A stretch of 64,000 bases of DNA. Origin: an uncultured delta proteobacterium. Lineage in GTDB: Bacteria > Myxococcota_A > Polyangia > Polyangiales > Polyangiaceae. Positions 48,923 through 58,877 of this stretch are shown here, in pieces; within the stretch, counting starts at the first letter, position 1; each line of letters starts with the position of its first letter. The stretch spans positions 1,664,001-1,728,000 of the forward strand of contig CAWAIF010000003.1 in assembly GCA_963782055.1 (NCBI GenBank), given 5' to 3'. The notes under the pieces are model-generated. The model saw only the letters and a list, made by a program, of their open reading frames with translations, was not told where the DNA came from and ran no database searches. Both the position numbers and the translations under genes were made by a program.

Positions 48923-49618
48923 TCAAGCGCCCGAGCCCCCGGAGCGCGTGGCGCGCACGACCTTCGCGGGGCGGCCCGCGAAGGTGGTCCGTGAGCCCTC
49001 GGCGCCGGCGAAGCCCGCCTCGACGAGCGACGCGGCCAGCGCCTCGACGTCCACGTCGTCGAAGTGGTGGTGGTGTCGCGCCCGGCGAGCTCGCACGCGG
49101 TCGTGCGAGGGATGAGCGGGGTCGTCGAAGTCCTCGTCCACCAGCAACACGCGCCCCCCGGACCGCATGACCCTGGCCAGCTCGCGGCACGCCGCGGCGC
49201 GGTCGGTCCAGTGGTGCATCGTGTTGACGGTCCACAGCGCGTCGACGCTGGCGTCGGCCAGGGGGATGGACTCCGCGGACCCGCTCACGACCGTGATGGC
49301 GGCCCGGTCGCGCTGCCACCCCCGCCGCAGGCCCAGGATCCTTCGCATGTACGAGGTGGGGTCGACGGCGACCACCGCGGCGCCGGTCCGCGCCGCGGCC
49401 ACCGTGGCGGGGCCCATGCCCGCGCCGAGATCGACCACGCGCTCTCCGGCTCTCGGGGCCACCCGACGCACGACCTCGTCGCTCACCTCGGAGCGCCACA
49501 TCCGCGGTAACAGGGTCAGGTAGCGCAACAGACCCCGTGCTCCGCGATCGTGCGCGTGCCCGTGATCCGCAGTGTGCGCGTGCCGCGGATCGTGGTGATG
49601 GTCGCCGTGGTTGGTCAT
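48923..49618 (-). CDS. Class I SAM-dependent methyltransferase with His-rich segments
   Basis: VVDLGAGMG, VAVD, GSAESIPLADASVD, MHHW.D...EL.RV.R.GG; His-rich N-terminus and an HHHH run. Confidence 0.9.
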   Translation of the reverse strand: MTNHGDHHHDPRHAHTADHGHAHDRGARGLLRYLTLLPRMWRSEVSDEVVRRVAPRAGERVVDLGAGMGPATVAAARTGAAVVAVDPTSYMRRILGLRRGWQRDRAAITVVSGSAESIPLADASVDALWTVNTMHHWTDRAAACRELARVMRSGGRVLLVDEDFDDPAHPSHDRVRARRARHHHHFDDVDVEALAASLVEAGFAGAEGSRTTFAGRPAKVVRATRSGGSGA

Positions 49619-50862
49619 GGTCCTGCCGTGGTGGAGAGGTGGTTGGCGGCGCCGTGGCTGGCCTCGAGTCGCCTCGCTGCGATCATGGCGCCGTCCGAGC
49701 CAACGCGCCCGGCGAGCGAGCGCGCGCGAGCCGCGACGCCCGGATCGAGCGCCGTCCGCAGCGCCGCGCTCAGCGACTCCTCCGACATCGTCGCGTACGG
49801 GGTCGTGCTCCCGATCCCGAGCGCCACCACGCGGCTGGCCCAGTAGAACTGATCGCCGAACATCGGCACGACGACCTGAGGGGCGCCGGCGCGCGCCGCG
49901 GTGGCGACGGTGCCGGCGCCGCCATGGTGGACGACCGCCGCGACCCGCGGGAAGAGGACGTCGTAGCTCACGTCGCCGAGGGCCATGCAGTCGTGCGCAT
50001 CGTCGACGAGGTCGAGGTCCGCCCAGCCTCTCGAGACGAGGATCCGGCGACGCGCCGCGCGGACCGCGCCGATCAGCCGGTGGCTCGCCTCGCGGGCGAG
50101 GGGCATGCTGCCGAAGCCCACGAGGACGGGCGGCTCCCCTCGCGCCAGGAACGCCTCCAGATCGGCCGGGAGCGGCGCGCCGCCGGCGAGCAGCCACGCG
50201 CCTGTCTGGAAGACTTGCCGACCGGGCGTGGTGGGCACCGGCGCGAGCGCGGCGTCCGCGGCGAGCCACGTGGGGTCGGTGAGGACGTAGTCGAGGACGT
50301 CATCGATCGGCTGCATGCCGAGTCGGCCACGGTTGTGGTTGATGCGCTCGAGCGCGCGCTCGCTCCACGCCCTGGCGGCGTCGCGCCAGCGCTCCTCGAT
50401 GCTCGCGGCCTCGCTCGCGGTCTCGCCCGGCGTCGGCGGTGGCGGGACGTCCGTCGACGGCAGCGCGACCGGCGCGTAGACGGCCGTCACGCACCCGATG
50501 CCTGCGTACTCGGCGATCGACGGCGCCGCGTACTGATGCGCGTTGGCGCCGACGATGACGTCGCACCCTTCCACGGCGGCGCCGACGGTCTCGAACTGGT
50601 CCGTGATCAGGTCGGGCATGGACTCCCGCAGCCGGCGCAGCTCCTCCGGAGTGAGCTGCGGCGCCAGACCCGAGCTGCGCGCGGGCATCCGCATCTCGAC
50701 GCCCATGGGCACCGCCTCCAGCCCCAGGCCCCGGGCCCACGCGACGAAGTTCGGCTAGGTGCACAATCGCACCCCGTGTCCAAGCCTTCGTAGCTCCAGC
50801 GCCAGGGCGAGCGCGGGCTGCACGTCACCCCGGGTTCCCACCGCCGTCAACAGTACGCGCAT
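49615..50862 (-). pseudogene. GT1 family glycosyltransferase (GtfA-like) with an in-frame TAG at codon 36
   Basis: MRVLLTAVGTRGDVQPALALA..LGHGVRLCT*PNF; VGFGSMP, VVHHGGAGT, VVPMFGDQFYWA; TAG at 50755-50757. Confidence 0.85.
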
Positions 50863-51161
50863 GATCCTCCTCGCCCCCATGGACACTCTACGCGCTGGAG
50901 CATCCGCGGAGATGCTGCGCTCCGGCTCGCCGGAGCATGGGAAGGCGTAGCGCGATCGGGCGGGGAAACCGTGACGGCTCGCATCTCATGCGAAGTGGCG
51001 GTCCGCTCTCACTGGAAGCACCGACCCGGTGGGTCGGCTGCGCGTGGGGGCGGCACCCCGACTCCGGAGCGCGAGACACCTCCTTCCCGTAGATGCGGCT
51101 GAATCGGTACGCGTCGCGTCCGTCCAACGTTCGGGCGCCGTGTATCGACAAGGAGTGCCTC

Positions 51162-51896
51162 ATGTTCGGGAAATCCGTGGTGGTCGGCTCGCTCGCCGTG
51201 GTGTTCACCGTCAGCCTCGCGGCGACGAGCAGCAGCGCCGTGTCCGCGTGCAAGGCGGGGGAGGAGGACCTCGGCGGAGGCAAGTGCGCGCCCGCCTGTC
51301 CGGCGGGGACGGTGCGGCAGAAGCAGCCGCCGTTCCGGTGCCTGGGGCCCGCCAGCCGGTGCAAGGCGGGGGAGGAGGACCTCGGTGGCGGCAAGTGCGC
51401 GCCCGCCTGTCCTGCGGGGACGGTGCGGCAGAAGCAGCCGCCGTTCCGGTGCCTGGGGCCCGCCAGCCGGTGCAAGGCGGGGGAGGAGGACCTCGGCGGC
51501 GGCAAGTGCGCGCCCGCCTGTCCGGCGGGGACGGTGCGGCAGAAGCAGCCGCCGTTCCGGTGCCTGGGGCCCGCCAGCCGGTGCAAGGTGGGGGAGGAGG
51601 ACCTCGGCGGCGGCAAGTGCGCGCCCGCCTGTCCTGCGGGGACGGTGCGGCAGAAGCAGCCGCCGTTCCGGTGCCTGGGGCCCGCCAGCCGGTGCAAGGT
51701 GGGGGAGGAGGACCTCGGCGGCGGCAAGTGCGCGCCCGCCTGTCCTGCGGGGACGGTGCGGCAGAAGCAGCCGCCGTTCCGGTGCCTGGCGCCCGTCAAC
51801 CGGTGCAGGGCGGGCGAGGAGCCTGTCGGCGACAGGTGCATGCCCCGCTGCCCCAAGGGCCAGACGCGCAAGCAAGACGGCGGCTGCGGGCCGTAG
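51162..51896 (+). CDS. Secreted Cys-rich tandem-repeat protein
   Basis: AAGGAG RBS, signal peptide, five 37-aa four-Cys repeats plus a diverged sixth. Confidence 0.8.
   Translation: MFGKSVVVGSLAVVFTVSLAATSSSAVSACKAGEEDLGGGKCAPACPAGTVRQKQPPFRCLGPASRCKAGEEDLGGGKCAPACPAGTVRQKQPPFRCLGPASRCKAGEEDLGGGKCAPACPAGTVRQKQPPFRCLGPASRCKVGEEDLGGGKCAPACPAGTVRQKQPPFRCLGPASRCKVGEEDLGGGKCAPACPAGTVRQKQPPFRCLAPVNRCRAGEEPVGDRCMPRCPKGQTRKQDGGCGP
51249..51803 (+). repeat. 111-nt coding tandem repeat, five copies
   Basis: Near-identical contiguous units encoding CK(A/V)GEEDLGGGKCAPACPAGTVRQKQPPFRCLGPASR. Confidence 0.97.
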
Positions 51897-52010
51897 TCCC
51901 ACGCGTGAGCGCCACCAGCACCTGGGCCTGGTCGCGCGGGACATCGCCGGGGCCCACCAGCACGGCGACCTCCACGACGTGGAGCCAGCCGTCCTGGCCG
52001 GGAGGCGCCG

Positions 52011-52583
52011 TCAGGTCTTTCGTGGCCGCTCCAGGAACCCACGCCCCGCATAGATCGCCGGCATCGCCTTCTCGATCCTCGTCGCGCGCGTCGCCGCCTG
52101 CTTCGCCTGGGCGAAGTGAAACAGATATCCCCGCTGCCGTCCCGGCGTCAGCGCCTCGAAGGCCTTCCTGAACCGAGGCTCTCGCCGAAACTTCTCCTTC
52201 AACTCCTCCGGAACTGGAAACTCCGAGGTCCTCTTCTTCTCCACCCGCGCCCCGGCCTTCCGCACCGCCATCGCCTCGCGTACGTACGCCTTGATCGTCG
52301 CCGCCTGCGCGGCGATCTCGCGCGCGCTGGTGAACTTCATGACGCGTCCAGCCTGCGTCTGTCCCAGCTGCCGCAGCAGCCGCTTCGGGTCCTTCAGCAG
52401 CGCACCCTGAAAGAACCCCAGCGCGAAGTACTCCTTGAACCCCTGCAGGATGACGATGTTCTTTCCGCCTGCCGTGTAGGTCGGCTTCCCCCACTTGCAC
52501 TCCTCCACCATCCCGAAGGGGGCGAGGATCCGCTGCATCTCGACGATCTCCGCCTCCCACCGCTTTCGGTACGCCATCTCCAT
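52011..52583 (-). CDS. YdeI/OmpD-associated family protein (DUF1801 plus YdeI)
   Basis: EECKWGKPTY, FKEYFAL.FFQGALLKDP, FEALTPGRQRGY..F.QAKQ..TR..RIEK. Confidence 0.9.
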   Translation of the reverse strand: MEMAYRKRWEAEIVEMQRILAPFGMVEECKWGKPTYTAGGKNIVILQGFKEYFALGFFQGALLKDPKRLLRQLGQTQAGRVMKFTSAREIAAQAATIKAYVREAMAVRKAGARVEKKRTSEFPVPEELKEKFRREPRFRKAFEALTPGRQRGYLFHFAQAKQAATRATRIEKAMPAIYAGRGFLERPRKT

Positions 52584-52760
52584 CGCGACACCATTAGAGC
52601 ATACGCTCGGCGGGAAGAGTCGTCGGCTACGACATCCTGGCACGGGCTGCGTCGGGTTCGACGCTGCGGCCTATAGGTGCTGTGGACGAGCATCCGCTCC
52701 GGAGAGGCCCACGAGCGTCAGGGCTGCGCGGGCAGCTCGCGATCGCGGTAGCATCGAAGC

Positions 52761-53678
52761 ATGAAGGCGCTCGTACGCTCCACGACGCTCGGCGCGGTGG
52801 TCGCGGCCGCGGTGACCGCGGTCGCCGTCGCGTGCGGCGGCGGCGACGACAGCGGCGCCGCGAACGACGCGTCGGCGCCCGACGGCTCACGCGACGCCAC
52901 GACATTCGACGCGCCGCAGGGTGACGTCGCGGACGCGGGTCGAGCGCCCGACGCCGCACCCCCGACGCTCGCGAACGCCGTGCTGTGGCTCGTCGCGAGC
53001 GAGGGCACGACGCTCGACGGCGGCGCGGTCACCGCGTGGGCCGATCAGTCCGGCCAGCACAACGACGGCGTCGCCGGCAAGTTCGCCCCCACGATGTCCG
53101 CCGCGGACATCGGCGGCCGGCCGGCGATTCACTTCGTCGCCGGCCAGCGGAACATGTTCGTCATCGCCGACTCGACCAGCCTCCAGTGGGGCGCGGGCCC
53201 GTACCTCGTCGAGGCCGTCGGCCGCTTCGACAACGATCCCACCCAGGGCATCTCCATCGGCGCGGGCCCGTTCTACGTCAAGCTCGGCCCGAACAGCCTG
53301 GTCGCGCTCTACGCGAACTACCAGACGATCACCGACGCGGGCGGCTACGGGCCGGTCGTCGCCGGGCTCTGGTCACAGGAGAGCTACGACACGTACGTCG
53401 GGGTCGAGGCGGCGTACAACGACTCGATGCCTCGCCTCTACGCCGTGCAATACGACGCCGGCGTGTTGACCCTGCGCGTGAACGGATCGGTCGTCGCGAC
53501 GTCCACCGGCGGCGTCGACGTGTCCGAGCCCGGGCAGAAGGCGAGCGTCGGCGGGTCGTACTACGGCAGCGGCAACCTTGACGGCGACATCGCGGAGCTC
53601 GTCGCCGTCAAGGGCGCGATCAGCTCGAGCGATCTCGCGGACCTCGAGGGCTACCTCATGGCCAAGTACGGGCTCTGA
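52761..53678 (+). CDS. Lipoprotein with LamG/concanavalin-A-like domain
   Basis: Lipobox AVAC; LWL.A, VTAWADQSG.HN, GRPAIHF, LDGDIAELV, EGYL.AKYGL. Confidence 0.8.
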   Translation: MKALVRSTTLGAVVAAAVTAVAVACGGGDDSGAANDASAPDGSRDATTFDAPQGDVADAGRAPDAAPPTLANAVLWLVASEGTTLDGGAVTAWADQSGQHNDGVAGKFAPTMSAADIGGRPAIHFVAGQRNMFVIADSTSLQWGAGPYLVEAVGRFDNDPTQGISIGAGPFYVKLGPNSLVALYANYQTITDAGGYGPVVAGLWSQESYDTYVGVEAAYNDSMPRLYAVQYDAGVLTLRVNGSVVATSTGGVDVSEPGQKASVGGSYYGSGNLDGDIAELVAVKGAISSSDLADLEGYLMAKYGL

Positions 53679-54072
53679 CGCGCCCCCTCACGGCCGCCGG
53701 GGCGTCGGCTCGCTCCAGTCACCGCCTCGCAACGGCGAACAGTACGGTCTATGCAGCTCCGCTGCGACGACTACCCCGTCGGGCACTGCGGGGGGACGTC
53801 CGGCTTGGTAAACTGGAAGACCAGCGCCTTCAACGAGGGCGGCTTCCAGCTATTCCAGCCGGATATCGCCGCACATGACGGAGCGCGCGCCCGCCGCATG
53901 CGGCGACGCTCTCGGGGACGCTGCCCAACTGAAACGGGGAGGCTAGGCTCGCGAGCCTCGCGGTCGGGCTGGCCTCCCGAGCATTCTGCACCGTAACGTC
54001 TCGCCCTGCCGCGTCCTGACGCAGGCGCCGGCGCGTTCCAAGGCTACCTGATGGCCAAGTACGGGCTCTGAC
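53649..54072 (+). repeat. 31-bp direct repeat duplicating the 3' end of the LamG gene
   Basis: GGCTACCT(C/G)ATGGCCAAGTACGGGCTCTGAC at 53649-53679 and 54042-54072 (30/31). Confidence 0.9.
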
Positions 54073-54116
54073 ACGCGCTCCGGCGGAGGTCGGGGGAAGT
54101 CCCGCACGGACGATCA

Positions 54117-56144
54117 TCACGCGCGCTCCAGGTACCGATCGATCGCGTCGAGGATCGCCGTGTCGGCGTCCAGCTCCTCCGAGAGCGTCATCGTGGCGTT
54201 GCCGGGGCCGTAGAGCCGGTAAGCGCGCCACACGTCGCGCGGGTGGTAGAGGATGGCGGAGAGCTGGACCTCGTCCCCGGCGGCGAACGGCCCGAACGGG
54301 GCCAGGACGCGGAAGCGGTCGTGCGGGTGCATGCGCTCCGGCCGCAGGCGCCGGATGTCGATCCGCACCGCCTCCACGATCGCAGGCAGCACCGCGCGGA
54401 GCTGGTCGACGGAGCGCACCTTCCAGGCGTCGTCTCGACCGACCCGCACCGTGCACTCCCCCGGCGCCTCCTCCTCGGCGGTCACGACGGAGACGAGCTC
54501 AGCGCCCTGCGGCAACGACGCGCGGGCGGTGGGGAAGCTCTCGTGGAACTCCGGCGGCCGCCAGCCCTTCTTGCGGATGGACGCGACGGCCTTCGCGATC
54601 ACGGGCATGACCTGCCGGACGCCGAAGGGACGCTCCGGGAACGCGTCGCGCGCCGCCAGGGCGCGCCGCGTCGCCTCCACCATCTCCGGCAGCAGCGCGG
54701 TCGCGCGCGCGGCCGTCTCGACGTCGAGCACCCGGCGTGGTGCCCCGACCGCCTCCGGGGAGAGCGTGACGCGCGCGCCGCCGCCCGCGCGCGCCTCGAC
54801 CCGGATCGAGACGCCGCCGTTGAGCTCGTAGAGGCTGAGCGCCGCCGGCTGCGGCGACGCGATCGTCCAGGACCACCCCGACGCGCCGGGGCCCTCCGCC
54901 GCGAGGCGGTCGAGCAGGGTGAGCCCGAGGTCGAGGGGGGTGACCGCGGCGGCGTCCGCGCCGCCCGCGTCCAGCCAGGCGAGCAGATGCGCGGCCGCCC
55001 CGTCGACGTCGCCCGGCGCCACGGCCGTCTCGCGGAACCGGATCGCGCCGTCGCCGCGCGCGAGGACCGCCGCCCGGAGCGCCTTGCCGGTGCCGCTCAC
55101 GATCGCGTGCCCCAGCGCCCGCCCGTCCACGATGGTGCCGATGACCGCGCGCGGATCCCGCGCCCGCTGCGTGGGGCGGATCATGAAGGCGCGCGGCCGG
55201 TCCAGCACGCCCACCACCGCGCGGACGATGGCGAAGGCGACGGAGTCGGCGGCCGCGGAGTCGGGCGGGGGCGGCGGCGACTCGCCGAGCCCGAGGAGGT
55301 GCATCTCGAGCTGCAGGCGGCGGTCGCGGGCGTAGGCCTCGTCGTGGGCGTCGCCGCACGCGATGGCCTCGCCGTACGCGGCGCAGGCAGCCGCCATGTC
55401 CGCCGCCATGTCCAGCGCCTTGGCGCGGTTGAGCCACACCACACCCCAGCGGGGTCGAAGACGGTCGGCCTCCGCCAGGTGCGCCAGCGCGCGCCGCAGA
55501 TCGCAGTCCTTCGCGGTGAAGTACCAGCCCAGCCAGTTGTGCGCCGTGGCGGCGAGCCGCCCGTCGCCGGCGGCCACGCGCTCCAGCTCCTCGACGGCGT
55601 CGCCCGGGCGCCCGAGCCTCAGCAGCGCGACGCCCAGGTTGTTCGCCGCCTCCGGCGTACCCGGATCGCGCGCGATGCTCCGGCGGAAGCACGCGACCGC
55701 CTCCTGTAGCTCCGCGGGTGTGGCCCCCGGCCTGGAGAGGATCGCCCAGCCCGCGCGGTTGTCGGAGGGCGGCTGCGCGACATCGGAGGGCGGCTGCGCG
55801 TCATCCTCCTGGTCGTCCTCCTCGTCGTCCTCCGAGAAGAGGGCGTCGAACGCCGCCAGGGACGGCACCAGCGCGGCCACCACGGCATCGGTGTCTCCCT
55901 CCCGCGCCGCCATCACGCCCACCGCGCTCCCGTCGGGCCACGGCCCGCCCTCGCCGAGCAGCCGCTCCACGTTCGGGACGAAGACCCAGCGGAGCCACTG
56001 CACGAACGCCATGGTGCGCGAGCCGAACGCGCCCATGTCCTCGAACGCCTCCTCGGGTGGGCGCTCCGCGTCCCACGCTCCCTCGCGCTTCATCGCCGCG
56101 ACGACCTCGTCCAGCCGCGCGCGCACCGCCGCCGGGTCGATCAC
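54117..56144 (-). CDS. YqcC (DUF446)-like N-terminal domain plus TPR protein
   Basis: W...RPPEEAF....F...TMAF.QWL.WVFVP; acidic linker; TPRs (AANNLGVAL, AHNWLGW, VWLNRA). Confidence 0.75.
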   Translation of the reverse strand: MIDPAAVRARLDEVVAAMKREGAWDAERPPEEAFEDMGAFGSRTMAFVQWLRWVFVPNVERLLGEGGPWPDGSAVGVMAAREGDTDAVVAALVPSLAAFDALFSEDDEEDDQEDDAQPPSDVAQPPSDNRAGWAILSRPGATPAELQEAVACFRRSIARDPGTPEAANNLGVALLRLGRPGDAVEELERVAAGDGRLAATAHNWLGWYFTAKDCDLRRALAHLAEADRLRPRWGVVWLNRAKALDMAADMAAACAAYGEAIACGDAHDEAYARDRRLQLEMHLLGLGESPPPPPDSAAADSVAFAIVRAVVGVLDRPRAFMIRPTQRARDPRAVIGTIVDGRALGHAIVSGTGKALRAAVLARGDGAIRFRETAVAPGDVDGAAAHLLAWLDAGGADAAAVTPLDLGLTLLDRLAAEGPGASGWSWTIASPQPAALSLYELNGGVSIRVEARAGGGARVTLSPEAVGAPRRVLDVETAARATALLPEMVEATRRALAARDAFPERPFGVRQVMPVIAKAVASIRKKGWRPPEFHESFPTARASLPQGAELVSVVTAEEEAPGECTVRVGRDDAWKVRSVDQLRAVLPAIVEAVRIDIRRLRPERMHPHDRFRVLAPFGPFAAGDEVQLSAILYHPRDVWRAYRLYGPGNATMTLSEELDADTAILDAIDRYLERA

Positions 56145-56207
56145 GCCTGGGCCCTCGTGCGGTCACGGCGCTGCATCACGCACCCCACTCTAGCGCCGGC
56201 GCGCGGA

Positions 56208-56912
56208 TCACTTCCCGATCATCGCGCTCAGCCGCTCGTGCACCACGCGCGCCTCCGGCCCCAGCAGGATCCCCATCGGTGGCGCGGTGACCCCTCCAGG
56301 CGCCAGCGACTTCTCGCGGACAAGGCAGGGGTAGCGGAAGGCGATGAAGCTCGCGTCCTCGTCCTGGCTGATGATGACGAGCGTCTCGACCCGCTGGCCC
56401 CCGGGGACGACGGCCTCGCGGAGGCGGAGGTTGCGGTCGAGCGCGATGGCGACCCGCTCGCCCGGCATCTCGAGGACGAGCTCCTGGGCGTCGAGCACCA
56501 GCTGCCCGACGCGCGCCAGCCGCTGCACCAGCGGGATGGAGGCCATGATGGCGACGGACGACAGCACGATGACGCCGACCACGACCGCGAGCGCGTGCTC
56601 TCGCGTCTGGTCGAGCAGGATCGCGGGCACCACAATCAGCGCGGGCGGCAGCAGCACCAGGGGCAGCGCGATGCCCACGCCCCGCAGCACCGAGACGACA
56701 GGGATCTCCACCCGTTCCGCCTGCCGCAGGGCCTCCCGCCGCCGCAGCACCTGGCGCCTCAGGTGGACGCTCCACCCCATCATGCCGGCCGTGACGGCGA
56801 GCACCGCCACGACGATCCACACCGCCGGGTCCACCCTGGGCGTGTACTCCACCGGCACCGGCCGGGCAAGCGGGGGGGGAGGGGGCCCCGCCTGCCGCGG
56901 GCTCGGGCCCAT
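56208..56912 (-). CDS. Hypothetical membrane protein
   Basis: Three TM helices then a soluble domain. Start uncertain (ATG 56912 or GTG 56834). Confidence 0.65.
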   Translation of the reverse strand: MGPSPRQAGPPPPPLARPVPVEYTPRVDPAVWIVVAVLAVTAGMMGWSVHLRRQVLRRREALRQAERVEIPVVSVLRGVGIALPLVLLPPALIVVPAILLDQTREHALAVVVGVIVLSSVAIMASIPLVQRLARVGQLVLDAQELVLEMPGERVAIALDRNLRLREAVVPGGQRVETLVIISQDEDASFIAFRYPCLVREKSLAPGGVTAPPMGILLGPEARVVHERLSAMIGK

Positions 56913-56990
56913 GCTCCCTCGCGCGGGTGCCGACGTGGTGCACGAGAGGTCGGACGTCGGCCCCCACGCGAGGTTGCGCGTGGGCCCTGC

Positions 56991-57075
56991 GCGCGCGGCT
57001 CCTCCCCCGGCCCATCGCTCGCTTCGCTCGCTCGGGCGGGGAGGATGGTCGCGGCGCTGGTGGCGGGCTGTGGAC
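56991..57075 (+). repeat. Dispersed structured repeat, copy 2
   Basis: 85 nt; 79/85 identical to the reverse complement of 61407-61491. Confidence 0.93.
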
Positions 57076-57104
57076 GCCACATGGTCGTGATATCTCTCGA
57101 CGAG

Positions 57105-57290
57105 ATGCGCCACATCGTGTTCGCGCTCGTCGTCGCCGCAGCAGCCGTGGTCACGCTGGCCCCCTCCGCTCCCGGGGTGCGCGCGCCCGGGCGCCGCGGG
57201 TGCTGCTCGCACCATCACGGCGTTTGCGGGTGCTCGTCGGGGCGCGCTGTCTGCTGCGACAAGACCCTCAGCCCGACGTGCGGATGCTGA
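57105..57290 (+). CDS. Small secreted Cys/His-rich peptide
   Basis: Signal peptide then RRGCCSHHHGVCGCSSGRAVCCDKTLSPTCGC (eight Cys). Confidence 0.8.
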   Translation: MRHIVFALVVAAAAVVTLAPSAPGVRAPGRRGCCSHHHGVCGCSSGRAVCCDKTLSPTCGC

Positions 57291-57797
57291 GGACGCTCGC
57301 CGACCGCGCGCTCTCCCCGCCCCGTGCCTCCTTTACTCCGCGCCAGGTGTCCGGGGATCGCCCGCGGGTCGGTGGTGGGCACGCATGCGCCGACAGAGCC
57401 CACGGGTAGCTCCGCCCGGAGGGGGTCACGTCACCGCTTGCGCAGCGCCGCGCGGAGCATCCGGACCGCCGCGGTCTGCGTCCGGACCTCTATGCACCTG
57501 GCGATCAGATCCGGATCCAGTTTGGGCACGAGCTTGCTGCGCCGGGCCGCGTATCGGTCGCGGTGGAGCACGTGAAACCCGTATAGCATGATCTTGCGGT
57601 GGCCACGTCGGCGCCGGGGTGCGGCTCCGGGCGGGACACCAGCCACAAAAGCCCTCCCGCCTCCTTCTTTTGGTGCCGCCGGTTTTAATGCGGCTGGGGG
57701 CACAACCGACTGAAGCGCGCGGGAGCCCGTTTAGACCGCCAGAAGTGCCGAGCCGGCCACCGCGTTGGACGAGGCCACCGCGGAGGATCGGATACGC

Positions 57798-58877
57798 TCA
57801 CTTGTCCTTGCCGCCGAGCGACTTCAGCACCTCGATGATGCGCGTCGGGCTGCCCTCGTCCTCTCCGGAGCCAGCGTAGCCACTCGGCGGGGGCGTGAAG
57901 ATGCAGCGCGCCGACTCCAGCAGGATCGCCTGCTTCGCGGCTGCGTCATCCGTCGACGCGGCAAAGGTCTCGTAGGTGTGCAGGGCGTTCGCCCGGTGCT
58001 CGTTCATCACCGCGATGTGGCGGTGCGATCGGTGGTTCCGGGTGCACCACACGAGGAAGTAGAACAGGACGAGGATCGACCCCAGGCGCACGAGCACGTA
58101 GTGGGCGATGTCGCCATTCTTCGCGCTGGGATCCAACGGGTAGATGATGATGGCGACGGTCAGGAAGACGGCGATGGCCACACCGACGAAGATCGACGCG
58201 GCCAACCACTTCCCCGCCGCCTTATTGCTGTCCGTGACGGCCGTCCGAAAGTCCCCCTCGTGCGCCGCAACGCCGGTCTTGGCTGCTCCAGCGCGCGCCG
58301 CGACCGCGATCCCCTCGATCTCCCTGAGCTTCTCCTCTGCGGACTTGTTGACCGCCTCGGCGCCATCGTTCGCGTTCTTCTCCGCGGCCTTCATGACTTC
58401 GTCGACCGCCCTCGCCGCCTCTTCTGCGCGCCTCTTGGCGTCCTCCGCTGCAGTGGCTGCCTCCTGCGCACGTTCGTCCGGGGGCAGCAGCGCGAGGATG
58501 TTCGCAAGCGCCGGGCCGACACTCCCCAGCGCGGCGTCCAGGTTGATCATGTACTGCGGGCGGCCGGCCAGCTGCTGTGGCGTGGCTGGGTTGAACGTCG
58601 TCAGCTGCCCGAGTGTATTCTCAAGTGTGGATGTGGAGTTGATCAGCGGAGTCAGAATCTGCATCGGGACGAAGCCGGGGTGCGTTCCGATGCGGTCTAC
58701 GATGCTCTGGAGCCGCGTGCCGAGTACCTTTACCGCGGAGAGCGTGGGGAGTGCATCAGTGAAGCCCAGGTCGCCGAGGCTCTCCTTCCGGGTGGCCACG
58801 ACCGGGTCGAGCCTGGCCCACGCGTCCGCGCGAGACTCGATCTTCTTGAGCGCCGCGTTCCACTCTTCGTTGGCCAT
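57798..58877 (-). CDS. Hypothetical coiled-coil plus 2-TM protein
   Basis: 359 aa; Ala/Glu/Lys coiled coil, two TM helices, C-terminal RNH..HRH...NEHRANAL.TYETF. Confidence 0.85.
   Translation of the reverse strand: MANEEWNAALKKIESRADAWARLDPVVATRKESLGDLGFTDALPTLSAVKVLGTRLQSIVDRIGTHPGFVPMQILTPLINSTSTLENTLGQLTTFNPATPQQLAGRPQYMINLDAALGSVGPALANILALLPPDERAQEAATAAEDAKRRAEEAARAVDEVMKAAEKNANDGAEAVNKSAEEKLREIEGIAVAARAGAAKTGVAAHEGDFRTAVTDSNKAAGKWLAASIFVGVAIAVFLTVAIIIYPLDPSAKNGDIAHYVLVRLGSILVLFYFLVWCTRNHRSHRHIAVMNEHRANALHTYETFAASTDDAAAKQAILLESARCIFTPPPSGYAGSGEDEGSPTRIIEVLKSLGGKDK

Noticed and set aside
50755..50757. Amber recoding (pyrrolysine or alternative code) suggested by in-frame TAGs here and at 15691
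   Set aside because: TAG ends clear genes in this window (DUF2063, malQ, tcmP, peptidase) and no pyl genes are seen; nonsense mutation or error is simpler.
51249..51803. Possible CRISPR array
   Set aside because: Units are contiguous 111-nt in-frame coding repeats with no unique spacers, and there are no cas genes.
57431..57703. Small ORF inside the island
   Set aside because: No recognisable motif or convincing start; cannot be supported as a gene.
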